In this document: piece after piece, positions 40,517 through 52,800 of the stretch
Numbering within the stretch: the stretch's first letter is position 1
Layout of the letters: every line of letters starts with the position of its first letter
Assembly: GCA_046563655.1 (NCBI GenBank)
Contig: CM102290.1
Location: 14,694,001-14,758,000 of the forward strand
Length of the DNA stretch: 64,000 nucleotides
Origin: Yuukianura sp. NJ FZ-2021
Taxonomy: Eukaryota
Direction of reading: 5' to 3'
Notes under the pieces: generated by a model
What the model saw: only the letters and a program-made list of their open reading frames with translations
Databases searched by the model: none
Told to the model about the DNA's origin: nothing
Translations under genes and position numbers: made by a program

Positions 40517-43500
40517 TGAACTGGCATGATAAAGTCCGTCCTCGTCACTCCTGGAACTGCACAGGTCAAGGTCACTGACCTTTGACCTCACTTCACTCCC
40601 ACTGTAACTGCTAAGACTCTAGTCTTCTCTCCTCTCCGTCCCTTGTTGCACAATGATCAACAAAAAGTGATCGAGTGGAGAAAGACTTGACTTGTCCTTG
40701 CCTATCGATCGTTCCCGCAGGAGAAAGCAGAGCGTTCGAATCCCAGCTCCCTCAACTCCACTTTTTCTAAACCCCCCCCCCCTTCCTAACCCCCCCCCCC
40801 TACTTTTCCCCAACGGTGCACCGCTACTTTCCACGGTGCTCGTGGATTGGAGTCGATCCAGCAACTTCTTTTGAAGGCGTCCCCACGGTCCCCTTCCACT
40901 TGAACCGTGCGCACTTAAGTTCTGATTCAGCGGAAAATACGGTGAAAGTATCCAGTGAAAACTTTTTCCAAAAAAAAATTCCTTTTTTTTTTAAATTTTG
41001 GAAAAGTTTATAAAACATTTTGAAAATGTTACACTTGAAAAAAAGTTTAAAAAGGGTTGACATTTACAATTACCCTGTTTGATGGTGTATAGCACGCACC
41101 GGTGGTGTATAAGACGCATTGAAGCTAAACATTATGAAAACACCACAAAAAGTTTTCTTACTTGGTTCAAAATATGTATTCAAAATTATGAAATGCGAAA
41201 TTATATGAAATTGGAAATTCTGAAATTGCAAAAAACAAGAAAAAATTGCAAAGATTACAATCGTTTACTCCGTTCCCGTTTCACCTTAAACGTTTAAATA
41301 AAACGGTGAAACGGAAACGTCGCGTGTTTACTTTTTTTTTTATTTGTGTGAATTTTAGTTTTATTGGTTTTAGTTCTAACTGATATTTTTTTTTAGAATA
41401 GACTCCACAGCCTTCTTTTTTTTTCTTTGGTTACACTAAAAATTTTGAAACAAAAATTTGCAAGAAACGTGATTGAGCGAAACACAATCAACAATTAACT
41501 GAAAATTAAATTAACTTAACTTTTCTTATGTTGACATTAACATTTTACACAAAAACTAAAATTAAAATACTAAAGTCAAAAGCCTATCAGGCTGCACTAA
41601 CTCCTAACCTTTTGACCTCTGCACAAAAATCTAACGAGGTCAAAAAAGTCCTAAAAAATTCAAATTTTGCCACTAGTTAACAACTGGTCCACCATCACGT
41701 TCTGAATTTTCAAAAAATTTGATTCCAGAACCTTCCTCTCCCCCGATTCTCTCAAAAAAGTTCAAAATTTTGAAATTCCGGCATTCAAACATTTCTAAAA
41801 TTAAACTTTAACTTAAATTTTCTAACAAAAAATTAACAATTTTTGAGGAAAACAAGGAATTTGATACTATTAGTTTTTAACATAGTTTTTTAAAACTATT
41901 ACAAAGCGACTAGAAACAGTCTGAAAGATAACAGTTTCGTTTCTTACTACTTAACTTTTTTTTTTCAAAATTTTTCAAAAAATGAAAATACAGAAAGTGA
42001 ATCACGAAAGGGGTCAAAAGTTGTCAGTTTTTTTTCTCCTTCCCTATCCATATATTTAAATTTTTTTTAGCTTCTAGCCTAACCAAAAATTCAAAACACC
42101 AATTTTTTTTTTCCCAAAAGTTATTTGAAAATAAGTTAATGACGTCATAATTTTTAAAATTATGTTAGGCTAGTTTGACAAAAGGAGAAAAAAAAATCAT
42201 CAGTCTATTATAGTTTTCTGCGCCTCAAAAAACACTCCTCTGCCTGCTATTCATTTCAATTCAAAATTTATAATTATAACTAACTTTACAATTAACTTTT
42301 TCTAACAATAATTTGGCCAAATTCGTTTAAATTTGAAAAAAAAATTACGTAATAGCAGTGCAAATAAACTTTTCTCAAACAAAAAAAAAGTACATTTTCC
42401 AAAAAACGAAGAAAAATTGTGTCGTTTTTGACATTTTGCAAACGACAAAAAATTGTCACATTTCTCGCAAGACAAAGAAAAATTGCCATTTTTGACAGTT
42501 TCAGGGAAAAAAAAGTTTTGGTTTTTCAATTTTGAAAATACACGTTTTTTTTTTTCAAATTGAAACAGAAGTGGCCAAATTAATGTTGCCAACTTTGATT
42601 TTAATTAAATCTAACTTGTTTTGGCTTCTTTTAAGAACAATTTTTAAAATTTAACATGGAATGAACAATTCAATTCCAAAAAATTCTATAAATCAGGCCG
42701 ACAATTAGTTTTTTTCTTCAAAATTCTAAATTTCTAAAGTTATATTAATATTATATGCTTTTTAATACACAAGAGCAGAATGATTTTCCAATTCTACTTT
42801 TTTTTTTAACCAGTTTTGATGTTTTTTGTGCAGTCAAATATCACAATCAAAAATTCATCTTTTGTTTGTGCTAATTTAAGTGAAAAATAATCAGAGGAAG
42901 GCAACTAATTACTAATTACTTGTAATTAATTGCTAATTACTTGTAATTAATTACGAAATACATAAAAGTGGCTGTTTCACAGTTATAACCAGGGAAAGTA
43001 TTAAGCATAATTTTGTGTCAACTTTTTATGATTGCTAAGTTTCACTTATTTTTTTGAAGAAAAAGATGACAGTTTTTTTTTGTTCTCAAATACTGATAAG
43101 AATACTGGTCCAATCTTTAATTTAATGTTTTTCTTTTCAAAATCCCCAACTAAAATTTTGAAAAAATGACCATCCCTTTCTTACGTTTCAAAATTTGACA
43201 AAAGTCGAGAAAAGTTTTGAGAAATGAGCTTACCAGCCAGGAGTAAAATTTGGAGCAAATTCTGAAGCGATTGAAGTAATTTGGGTTTTTAGAAATTTAT
43301 TTTTGGAATGTTGTCGGAATCCAGTTTTTCCATTTCTTAATTTGGCAATTTTGATATTATTTTCTTCCGTCGTCCACTGTTTTGAGTGACGAAGAAGAAG
43401 AAGTAGCGTGTGTGTGCAATTTAGAAGCAGATTATTGTTACGTTTTTCATACCGAGACGACCTTGAGAACTTTAGAATTTAGAGAATAACGAGTGTGCGT

Positions 43501-43588
43501 TTTGGGAGTTCAGAACATCTTTTGCTTTTGTTTGCACAATTTTGCAATTTGGAGGCAGAGTAGTCAAAATACTTCTGCGTTATCACAA

Positions 43589-46541
43589 TCACATGGATCT
43601 GTAGGGGCCTTGCATCTTCAGAAACTAAAAACAAAAATACAAATCAAGTTACACGGCCTACTCAACCCAAAAGCTAAGAAATTTCAAAATTTCGGTCGAA
43701 GTAAGGATTAACTACCGTCATTGTAGCCGCACACGCACAGTAGTGTAGCCACTCCGTCATTTTACTGGCAACATTGGGTGGCTACACCTAAGTGGCAAGT
43801 TAAGTAGCCACGTCAAACTGACCTAACTAAAGGTGGCAACATAAGTTGCTGCTCAGTGTAGCCACTAAAAATGGCCAAGTGGGTACACTTCGTGGCTACA
43901 ATGACAGTCCTTATGCCTTACTCCAACCACAACTTCCAAGTTTTTCAATTTGAATGTACCTGAATGACCAATGAGGGACCGCCTGCGACAATTTCTGCTG
44001 GAATTTGTGACAGAGGGCAGTTCTCAATGCTCATGATTTGGAGGTTGGTGCAGAGAGCGAGCTCGAACGGAAGGGAGTGGAGGTTCGTGTTGTCATTGAT
44101 GTAGAGTGACTCCAGAGTCTCCAGTGTACCAATTTCCTCAGGCAAGCAACTCAAGTTGTTCTCTCCCACGCTCAAGTGCGTTAAGCTCATCAAATGTCTA
44201 ACAAAAACAAGAAAAAATATGTTAAAAAGTTAGGCTATGACACATTAACTTTTAGTTAAAGTTAGGTTAGCTCACCCAATAGCTCTGGGCAGACTCGTCA
44301 GCTGATTGGACTGAACAATCAGTTTGTGAAGGTCTCTCAAGAATCCAATTTCGTTTGGAAGGAACTCCAGCTTGTTCTCTTCCAAATCCAGAACCCGAAG
44401 TTTACGCAAATTCCCAATACTCGGCGGAACTCTCTACAAAGTGACACAAAATATGACAAAGTCAAAACATTTTCAAACTTTTGGCGCCAAAACCGCCATT
44501 AGAGTTCTAATTGGTCAAAGCTTTGGCGCCAAAATGAACTCGGTTTCTGATTGGTTGTGGTAGGAATTTGAAGAAACTAACCTTGAGTAAGTTGTTTGAT
44601 AGAATGAGAACTTCCAAGGCTTGAAGACACTGAATGTCATCGGGAATCTTCGTCAGCTGATTCGTTCCGAGGTTTAGCTCCACCATATTCGTCCACGTTC
44701 CGATATCTACAAAATTCAAAACAAAATCAACACTTTTACAACTTCCAAAATTCCAAAATTTTGAAATGTGAAATTTTGAATTTTGAAATTTGTTTGTACC
44801 CAATGGTAATGAAGTGAGTAGGTTCTCCTTCATGTTGAGTTTGGTAAGATTCTTGGCCCGTGAGAAGATGCCGTAGGGAATCTTGTCAATTTGGTTGTGT
44901 TCCATGTTGATGGCATAGACATTGGTGAATTGTGCTGGTCCACCAGTGGGATAGGCCGTGAAACTGTTTCTCGACAGTGTGACGTTACTCAGGCTGTGCA
45001 AACTTGATAGCAGCCCATCAGGTAACTGTGATACTGAATTGCCCTCGATGTTGAACTCGTCCATGTTCGTGCAGTTGCTGAGGGACTTTGGAACAGACGT
45101 CAGGCGATTGTATCTGTGAGACAAACAAGAAAAATTACAATCCAGAATCAAAATTTTGAAAACTATTTTTCGAAGTTTTGAGTTTTGACTTTGAAAAGTT
45201 CACCTGAGTCCGATTCGTGTGAGGTTCTTGAGGTTGCCGACTGCCTCTGAAATGTCAAAGAGCTCGTTGTGCTGGAGGTCAAGAGTTGACAACTGAACGC
45301 AGTTCCCAATCTCGTCTGGCAAATGCTCCAAGTGATTATGAGACACGTCCAGAGTCACCAAGCTCATCAACTTCCCAATTCCAGGCGGCAGATCCTTGAT
45401 TTTGTTCTCACGCAGACTCAACATGGTCAAGTTCTAAAAAAAAGTCAAATTACTTTACTTTCCAACTTAAACCAAACTTTGGAAAAATTTTAAATTTTTT
45501 AAAAAATTGAAGGTACTTTTTAATAGGTGCTTGACTTACCACGAGCTTTTGAATTTCGTTCCCGACGACTTTGATACGATTGAATCTCAAGAAGAGCGTA
45601 GTCAAAGAAGTCAGTTTGTACACAACGTCAGGGATCTGTTTAGAAAAAATTTAGAAAAGTTTAAAAAGTTGAAGTTTTTTTAACCTTTTTTTTTCTCAAA
45701 CTTACTTCACTAAGTTTGTTGTGCCGGAGATCCAAAACTTTGAGGTTCTTGAGACTGGCCAGGGAGTCGGGAAGGCTCGTGAGGGAGTTTTCGTTTAAAG
45801 CTAACGTTTGCAGGTTGACTAGAAACCCCATTTCATTTGGCAATGTGACCAATTTGTTACCGTACAAGTACAGCTCCTCCAGTTGTGTCAACTCTTTCAC
45901 AGATGACGGAATATGGGTGATCTACAAGACAAGATCAATGTCAAGGTCAATGTCAACTTCGATTACTAACTGATTGAGACTTACACTTGATTTGCTGAGA
46001 TCTAGGCGCTTGATGCCTTCGTCCTTACACTTGGCAAACTCCTTGCCAACGTCCAGGTCTGCCTGAATCGGTTTACTCTTCTTGGCAGTCGGTTTTGGCT
46101 TGTTCGACTCCGGATGCTTCACAGTGACCATTTTGGGTTTGGAACTGTCTTGCCCAGCTAGAGATCCTGCCGATAGTTTCTTTTCCTGAAACGACAACAA
46201 AACGATCGATTGATACACAACTTGTCATGTCATGTCATAGCAAAAATCAATCGCTACACTGACCTTCGCAGTTTCCTTCTCTTTGTCCTTGTCCTTTGTG
46301 GTAGTTGATGGAGCTGGATCACGATCAGATGATGATTCAGGCATGTCGGCCGTTGGATCTGTATCAGGGGATCCTGGACTCGAACTTCCAATGCTATCAA
46401 CAATCAGCAATTTAGCAACTACTTATCAATTAATCAAAGATGTATCAATTAAGCTTACCCTCCAGCGTTTTCTCCCTTGTAGTCTGCCAGTCGTTCGGCA
46501 GCGGTGCTACTTTCGTTCGTTCTTGCTTTGCTCTTTTTCAT
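43589..46541 (-). CDS. SHOC2: Leucine-rich repeat scaffold SHOC2/Sur-8/soc-2
   Basis: About 11 exons of LRRs with family-specific segments [73 protein letters not shown] and C-terminus [19 protein letters not shown]. The start ATG at 46541 is inferred from exon phase. Confidence 0.93.
43700..43922. mobile_element. Probable MITE in the last SHOC2 intron
   Basis: Imperfect ~30-bp terminal IR with core GTCATTGTAGCC/GGCTACAATGAC and internal GTAGCC/GTGGC repeats. Confidence 0.55.
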
Positions 46542-47828
46542 TCCGTGGTCCTCGTCAGACACAACCGCATCAGACGAACGACGAATCTACACAGCTCAGC
46601 TCTACATCTAAAGAAAAAGTAACAAACAATGAAGATAAAAAATCATGCCAATTTCAGCTGTCTTGACAACGGAACAACCTTGGTGATTGGCCGGCTTTAG
46701 CTTACATAATCTATGATGTCAATTAGTTTTGTACAGATTAACTTGAAACTTACGCCTGTCACCAGTGACTTTGTGCTGTCCCGTTGTTTGAACTGCTGTT
46801 AGATAAGTTGCATTTGAAATTTGAACGCTATCAGGACATGAGCCGAATACAAAACGAAAGGAAATCGTCCTTTTCTATGCTTATTTGAGCTTTTGTTGTT
46901 GTTATTCACGATGTGAGGTATATGGTTGTGGGTCAGCTGACCTCTTGCACTGTGCCAACTTGACTATGACGAGAGTGGCGTAACCGAATGTCAATTAACT
47001 TGAGAGATTAACGGTGAATTTAGATAAATCAAGATTAAAACTAAGATTACAAAAACGAATTCCTTGTTTCCTTGTCAATCTAAATCATTTTTAGACAAAA
47101 GAAAAAAAAAGCATGACACGGTCCACTCCCAACTTTTGAATTTCCCTCCCGCCGCTTTCCTGGGCTTTTACCATTGACGATGAATTAGTTTTGAAATGCA
47201 TTAATATATTTGTAGTATATATTATTAATATTATTGAAAATGTAATTTAAAAAAAAATTTGTTGAATAGGGAACATTTTAACATGTGATCGGTGAAATTG
47301 AAATGAATAGAAGAGCAACACTTGCAGTTTTACAAATCGGCAACACTGTGAACTTTTATTATTTGAAGAAATTAAATTTACACCTGAACTACGTAATTAC
47401 TAAATTACGAAATTATTTCAGTTTTAAAACTAACACTACACGAAACAGTTGTAAAGAGCTCAAAGAAATTTAGTTAGCAGTAATAATTATTAAGGATGAA
47501 ACTGATCATAGCAATGACAGGCGGTTGTAAGAAGCCTATCGCGTGATCAGGAAATTACGAATTACTTACGAATTCTTTACCAATGAATTTTTTGATGAAA
47601 TCTTTTTAACTTGTACTAATTTAGCTTAATTAACTAAACCAAAACATCTGGTAAAAAACAATTTTGAAATCTAACAATTGTAATTACCAACTACTGGAAT
47701 TGTAATTATGAACTACAACAATGGGAATTTTGAATTACAGCAATTGTAAACACCAAAACAAATATGTAAGGCGGCACACCTGTCTCAAATGTTAGGTTGA
47801 AGTAAATGAAGAAATGTATTTTTCATAC

Positions 47829-48887
47829 CTACGCAGACGCAGGAGAGCAATCTTTCGAATCTCGATGGCGGACTAAATTCCTTTTGTATCTAAACTCCAT
47901 GCCACAATTCTTGCAAACGAACGGCTTCTCGTTTAAGTGAATGCGAAGATGGCAGGTCAAAGTACCCCTTTGTGCAAATGCTTTGTCACAGAACTTACAT
48001 GGAAATGGCCTCTCTCCAGAATGGACACGCGCATGGTTAGTGAGGGTTGATTTACATCTGAACTTCTTGTGGCACACTGTGCACTTCAAGTCCTTTACTC
48101 CTGCATGCATCTTCAGATGATACTTCAATGTGGTGGAAGTGCTGAATTCCTTGTCACATTCCTTGCATGGGTGTGGTTTCTCTCCAGTGTGGATCCCAAT
48201 GTGGTACTTCAAAGCATTGTGTGACTTGAATGTGGCTGTGCACAGCACACATGCGTATGGTTTCTCTCGCGTGTGTTGTCGCATGTGGATGTCCAATGAC
48301 TTCTTCTCTACGGTAGCATAAGTGCAGAAGTTGCACTGGAATCGCTTGTCTCCAGCGTGGATCCTTTGATGCCTCTTCAGATGGATCTCTTGTGTGAATC
48401 TCTTTTGGCACTCCGTGCATTGGAAACGACGTTCATTTGTGTGTGTTGCAACATGGTTGTTCAATTGCCCTTGTGACTGTGCAGCATAGTTGCAGATTGT
48501 GCATGTGAATTTGCTTACATTTGTATGTATGATGAGGTGTTGTTTGAGTTCTGAGTTTGTTTTGAACTTGTTTTTGCAGTGACTGCATTCTACCAATCCC
48601 TCGTACGTGTGACCTCTCATGTGAATTGTGAGTTTGCTTTTCTGGATGAATGTTTTAGTGCATCTTGTGCAGTGGAATGGTCTTTCCCCTGTGTGCAGAG
48701 CCATGTGGTCCTTCAAATGATGATTATGTTTGAATCGTTTGGGGCATTCGGAGCAACCAAACGGTCGAACGTCAGAATGAACAACAAAGTGGTTGGACAG
48801 AGTCTGGGAAGTTTCGAACTTTTTGTGGCAATGGTTGCATTGATGCTTTTTTCCAGTTCGAGTGACCTCTGACCTTTGGTCAGCCAT
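47829..48887 (-). CDS. Tandem C2H2 zinc-finger-only protein, 12 fingers (copy A)
   Basis: Intronless 352-aa ORF with 11 C2H2 fingers plus a terminal C2HC finger and TGEKP-like linkers. Only ~14 aa precede finger 1. A probable 5' UTR intron lies at ~48916-48993. Confidence 0.9.
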   Translation of the reverse strand: MADQRSEVTRTGKKHQCNHCHKKFETSQTLSNHFVVHSDVRPFGCSECPKRFKHNHHLKDHMALHTGERPFHCTRCTKTFIQKSKLTIHMRGHTYEGLVECSHCKNKFKTNSELKQHLIIHTNVSKFTCTICNYAAQSQGQLNNHVATHTNERRFQCTECQKRFTQEIHLKRHQRIHAGDKRFQCNFCTYATVEKKSLDIHMRQHTREKPYACVLCTATFKSHNALKYHIGIHTGEKPHPCKECDKEFSTSTTLKYHLKMHAGVKDLKCTVCHKKFRCKSTLTNHARVHSGERPFPCKFCDKAFAQRGTLTCHLRIHLNEKPFVCKNCGMEFRYKRNLVRHRDSKDCSPASA

Positions 48888-49039
48888 TTTGCCTCAACAA
48901 GGTTATTGCAGTACCTAGAGAAAATAGGGCATTATTACTCATTACTTTTTCACTCTAAATTATACTTCCAGCACAAAAATATAACTGTTTTACCTTCTTG
49001 TCGGCTCCAACTACGAAGTGTCCGCTTGACCTCTTACTG

Positions 49040-49370
49040 CGTGACCTTGACCTTTGACCCTGTCTTGCGAGAGTGACACTGGAAGCGTCCTTCCTGCTCC
49101 GATCCCTCTCTCCCTCTGACTGAACAAATGCTTCTCTTCCCTCCAAGAAAACTATCATGCCATATTACGATAGCCACAAAAATATCACAAGAAACAGCAT
49201 TTTTGCATCTTGCAAAAATTCATAATTTCCCTAAAAACTTGTAACCTCATCGCTCATCTCAAAATTTGCAAATGAATGGGACCTTTGCAAGGCATTTTAG
49301 ATCTCACAATCCATTTACGTTTTACGTAGTCGTCGCCACATGAAACTCAAAGTTTTCAAATTCAAATTCT
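49040..49370 (-). promoter_or_regulatory. Conserved upstream block of ZF copy A (putative promoter/5' UTR)
   Basis: High-identity reverse-complement match to ~58056-58400, upstream of ZF copy B. Confidence 0.6.
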
Positions 49371-49839
49371 CCTTCTCCTGATTTACCCAGTCTTATAAGC
49401 TCATGCATTGCTAGCAACGAAACACGAGGAAATTACTAGGACAAGAAATATAAAAAACAGAAATTGATTTCAAAATTTTCAACTTGCTGCTCAAATTTAT
49501 TTAGCTCAACTCTTTCCGTCTTCTGCAAAAACAAATTAGTTCACGTAAATTTTGTACAATAAATTTTGCCAAAGCCAAAGTATTCTCCTCCCTGAATTTT
49601 GGAAGCAGTCTAAAAAATAATTTGGTTTTTGAACGTGCATCACAAATTTTATTATTTCTGAAATGTTAAATCGAAATGTAAGTTTCTACACAATAAATTA
49701 AAATTTTGAAATCGGCTAAAAGTTAGACTAACATTTTAGGTTATGTGGAGGATATCCAATGGTGTTTTAAGGTTAACAATCATTTCTAAAGTGAAAGGAA
49801 AAGTTTTAGGTTAAAAACCTAATGTGAACCTACTTTACA

Positions 49840-52800
49840 TTAGGTTGAGTCCGTAGTATTTCCTTCTACCCAGGGTGAACCTTGATTCTGTTCAAACATG
49901 TTCAAATCGTCGATGAATTTTTGGAGATTGGGTGAAATGCAGGGAACGCAGAGCGTGATGGCTCCTCCGTCTCTGTCCGGAAGACATTCGCACAGTTGAC
50001 AGTCGGAGGGTGACGCAGTGGAGGCGACACGTCGTGACCAAACGTCCACGAACTTCTTGGCGACTGCTGGTCGCTGGACCATTTTGACGTTGAACACTGT
50101 TCCGTTCGTCTCCAGGGCCAGTGGAGTGCACAGGTCTTTGGGAATCTTGACTTGTCGCCGCAGAGGTCGGTCACCCTCGATTGGTCCACGCTTCATCTGT
50201 CGCACGGTGTAGGCTCCCTCCATGTCAACTCCAAACATTTTACTCCCTTCATCCTGTTTTGTGTCCACCTAAGCAAAAAAAAAACGAATTCTAAGCTCTG
50301 ATTGGTTGTTTCTCAAAATACTGGATTGTGATTGGCCAATTCCCCAAATCCGGCAATCTGATATTGGCCCTTGCTCAAACTCCTGGAATTTGATTTGCGA
50401 TTTGTTATTTTTTTGTTTTCAAAATGCTTGAATCTGATTGGCTCTTTCTCAAAATCCTTTAATGTGATTGGCTTAAAAAGTGAGGCGTGACTAACCTTGA
50501 GTGAGAAATCCTGTGGCGTCAAAATATGAAGTCGAATGTCATTTTCGAGCAGAAGTGTCAAAGTGTCGGAGTATCGGACGTTGTCTTGGCAGCGTTCCAG
50601 TGTCGTCGTCACGGCAACAATTGTCTTGGAAACTCCAGCTCTGTATCCAATTGTCGCTCCAAAGTCAATCGCTTCGTACAAATCTCCCTTTACATCTCCG
50701 TCCATGATCGACGTGTCACTGATTTTGAACGAGTTTGCAGATGCCCAGACTTCCGTGTTTGACGTGCGTAGATGCGGTTTGACTCGGCCTCCTTTCCCAC
50801 CAAATCCAATAATTGCGTAGCGGTTGTTTTCAATTCCTTCAGTTTTTAACGCAGCTTCTAACTTTTTGACGGCGTCAATTAAGTTGTAGTCACGCAGACT
50901 CGCGGCTTCTTCGATCAGAAAAACAACGTCAGCGGAGTTTGGTGGGCGACGGACGTCAGGGCTGTACGTCATGTTTTCACCACTTCTCATTTGAGCACCT
51001 CCTTCCAACGTACATTTTACTAAAAAAAAAGTCAAAATTTTATTACTTTTTCAAAAATTTTCAAAATTTTTCAAAATTTTGAAAAGTTTACTTACCACAA
51101 ACTGGAGGCATCCAGATATCAATGCCATGACGTTGACATTGCATGACGTAAGCAGCCAAGGCGGTGCAAATTCTTCCCGCCTTTTCTCCCGCCGCGTTTT
51201 TGACGTCATAGTGACACATTTTGCGGTAAATGTCGACTTCCACGGTGTTGAAGCACGGTCGCAACGGTGACGCCGTGGAATTGAGCATTTGAGTACACAA
51301 ACTGTCTTCTGCGTCTGCGCCTTTGTTGGCATAGTTTTTCATCTGACACTGTCCACTCTTCGGTCCGACCCGCCAAGAATGTCCAAAGTTTGCTTCATCA
51401 GTGACAACAGTTCCGTCCGGAGTTGTCATGTCATTGGCTCTTTCGTTGTCGTAGTTGCCAAGGAGACCGCCGAGTTTGCCAAAGTACCATCCAGAAACAG
51501 AGATGCGACAAACGCTGGTCGCCTGGCTACACCTCATTTGAAATCCGCGTGTATCGATGACCTCGAGTCCCGACCGTTGTCGTCTCACAAATGTCGGACC
51601 AACGGTAAACGGCGTATCGGTAAGGCGACCATCCACTTTGACGACAAGCGACATCGCGTCGATGTCGACCGTACTTGATCCGGTTATGAGCGTGTAAGAT
51701 TTTTTACGTCCTCCATCGTAGTTAACAATCAAAGTTAAATTCTGGTGTAGCAAGTCGGTTGTTAGGATGTAGCTGCAGTCGCCAGCGAAACGGAAGTAGG
51801 TTTGGTCGAAGGTCAGAAAGTGATGGTCGCCGGCGACTAAAGCTGTCGCTTCAAAAGGTGGCAGCATGTCGCGAATGTCCATTTCCATGACAGGTTGGGC
51901 GTTTCTCAAAGTGTCCATGATTTCAGCGTAGAAGTTCTGGATGTGTGAGATGTGATGGATGTCGGACTGGGTTTGTCGGAACCTTGGCATTTCAGTGAAG
52001 TGATTCCACTCGACAAAGGTCAAAGGTTGGTTGTACTCGATGTGACCTTTGGCGACATCGAAGATCATGCTGGTCGTCGGAAGATGTGATTGGATGATGA
52101 GGTCAACTCGGGCCAAGATGCTGCGCACAAGTGACTTCACTTTCTGCTCAGCCTCGACGAAGATCCAGAAGCGATTGGCCAATCCCAGCACTCGGTTTGT
52201 GAGAAATCGGAGATAAGGAAGTGGCGGCATTTCCAAAATGGCGCTGATGTTGCCTTCTTCCAGCGCTGAACTCCAAGCGTCCACGTACGGCTTGTACAGA
52301 AGCTCCAGAGGGCGCCAAATACTGAAAATTCAACATATTCGTTAGTATTTCCTGAGGAAAATTACAAAGGAAAGGAAAGTAATTACAAGATAATTCAGTA
52401 ATTACAAAGTAACTACAAGGTAATTCAGTAAGTAGAAAGTAATTACAAGGTAATTCAGTTAATACGTATGATTCAGAAGCTAATTAAGTAATTACAAAGT
52501 AATTACATGCAATTGCAGAGTAATTGAATAAATACAATGCAACTGCAGAGTAATTGAGTAATTACAGTGTAATTTAGTAATTGCAAAGTAATAAAGTAGT
52601 TGAGTAATTACAAAGTAATTAAGTAATTACAACGTGAAATTCTTACAAGTCATAGAGCATTTGATATCCTTCGTCAATGTACTCCTGAATGGACAATTCG
52701 TTGATCCAATCACAGTAGTCCTTGTAAATTTGATTTACTTTCTGCACAATTCCGAGTCCTCTAAACGTTTTCTCTAGTTCTGCCAAGTTTCCATCCAGAA

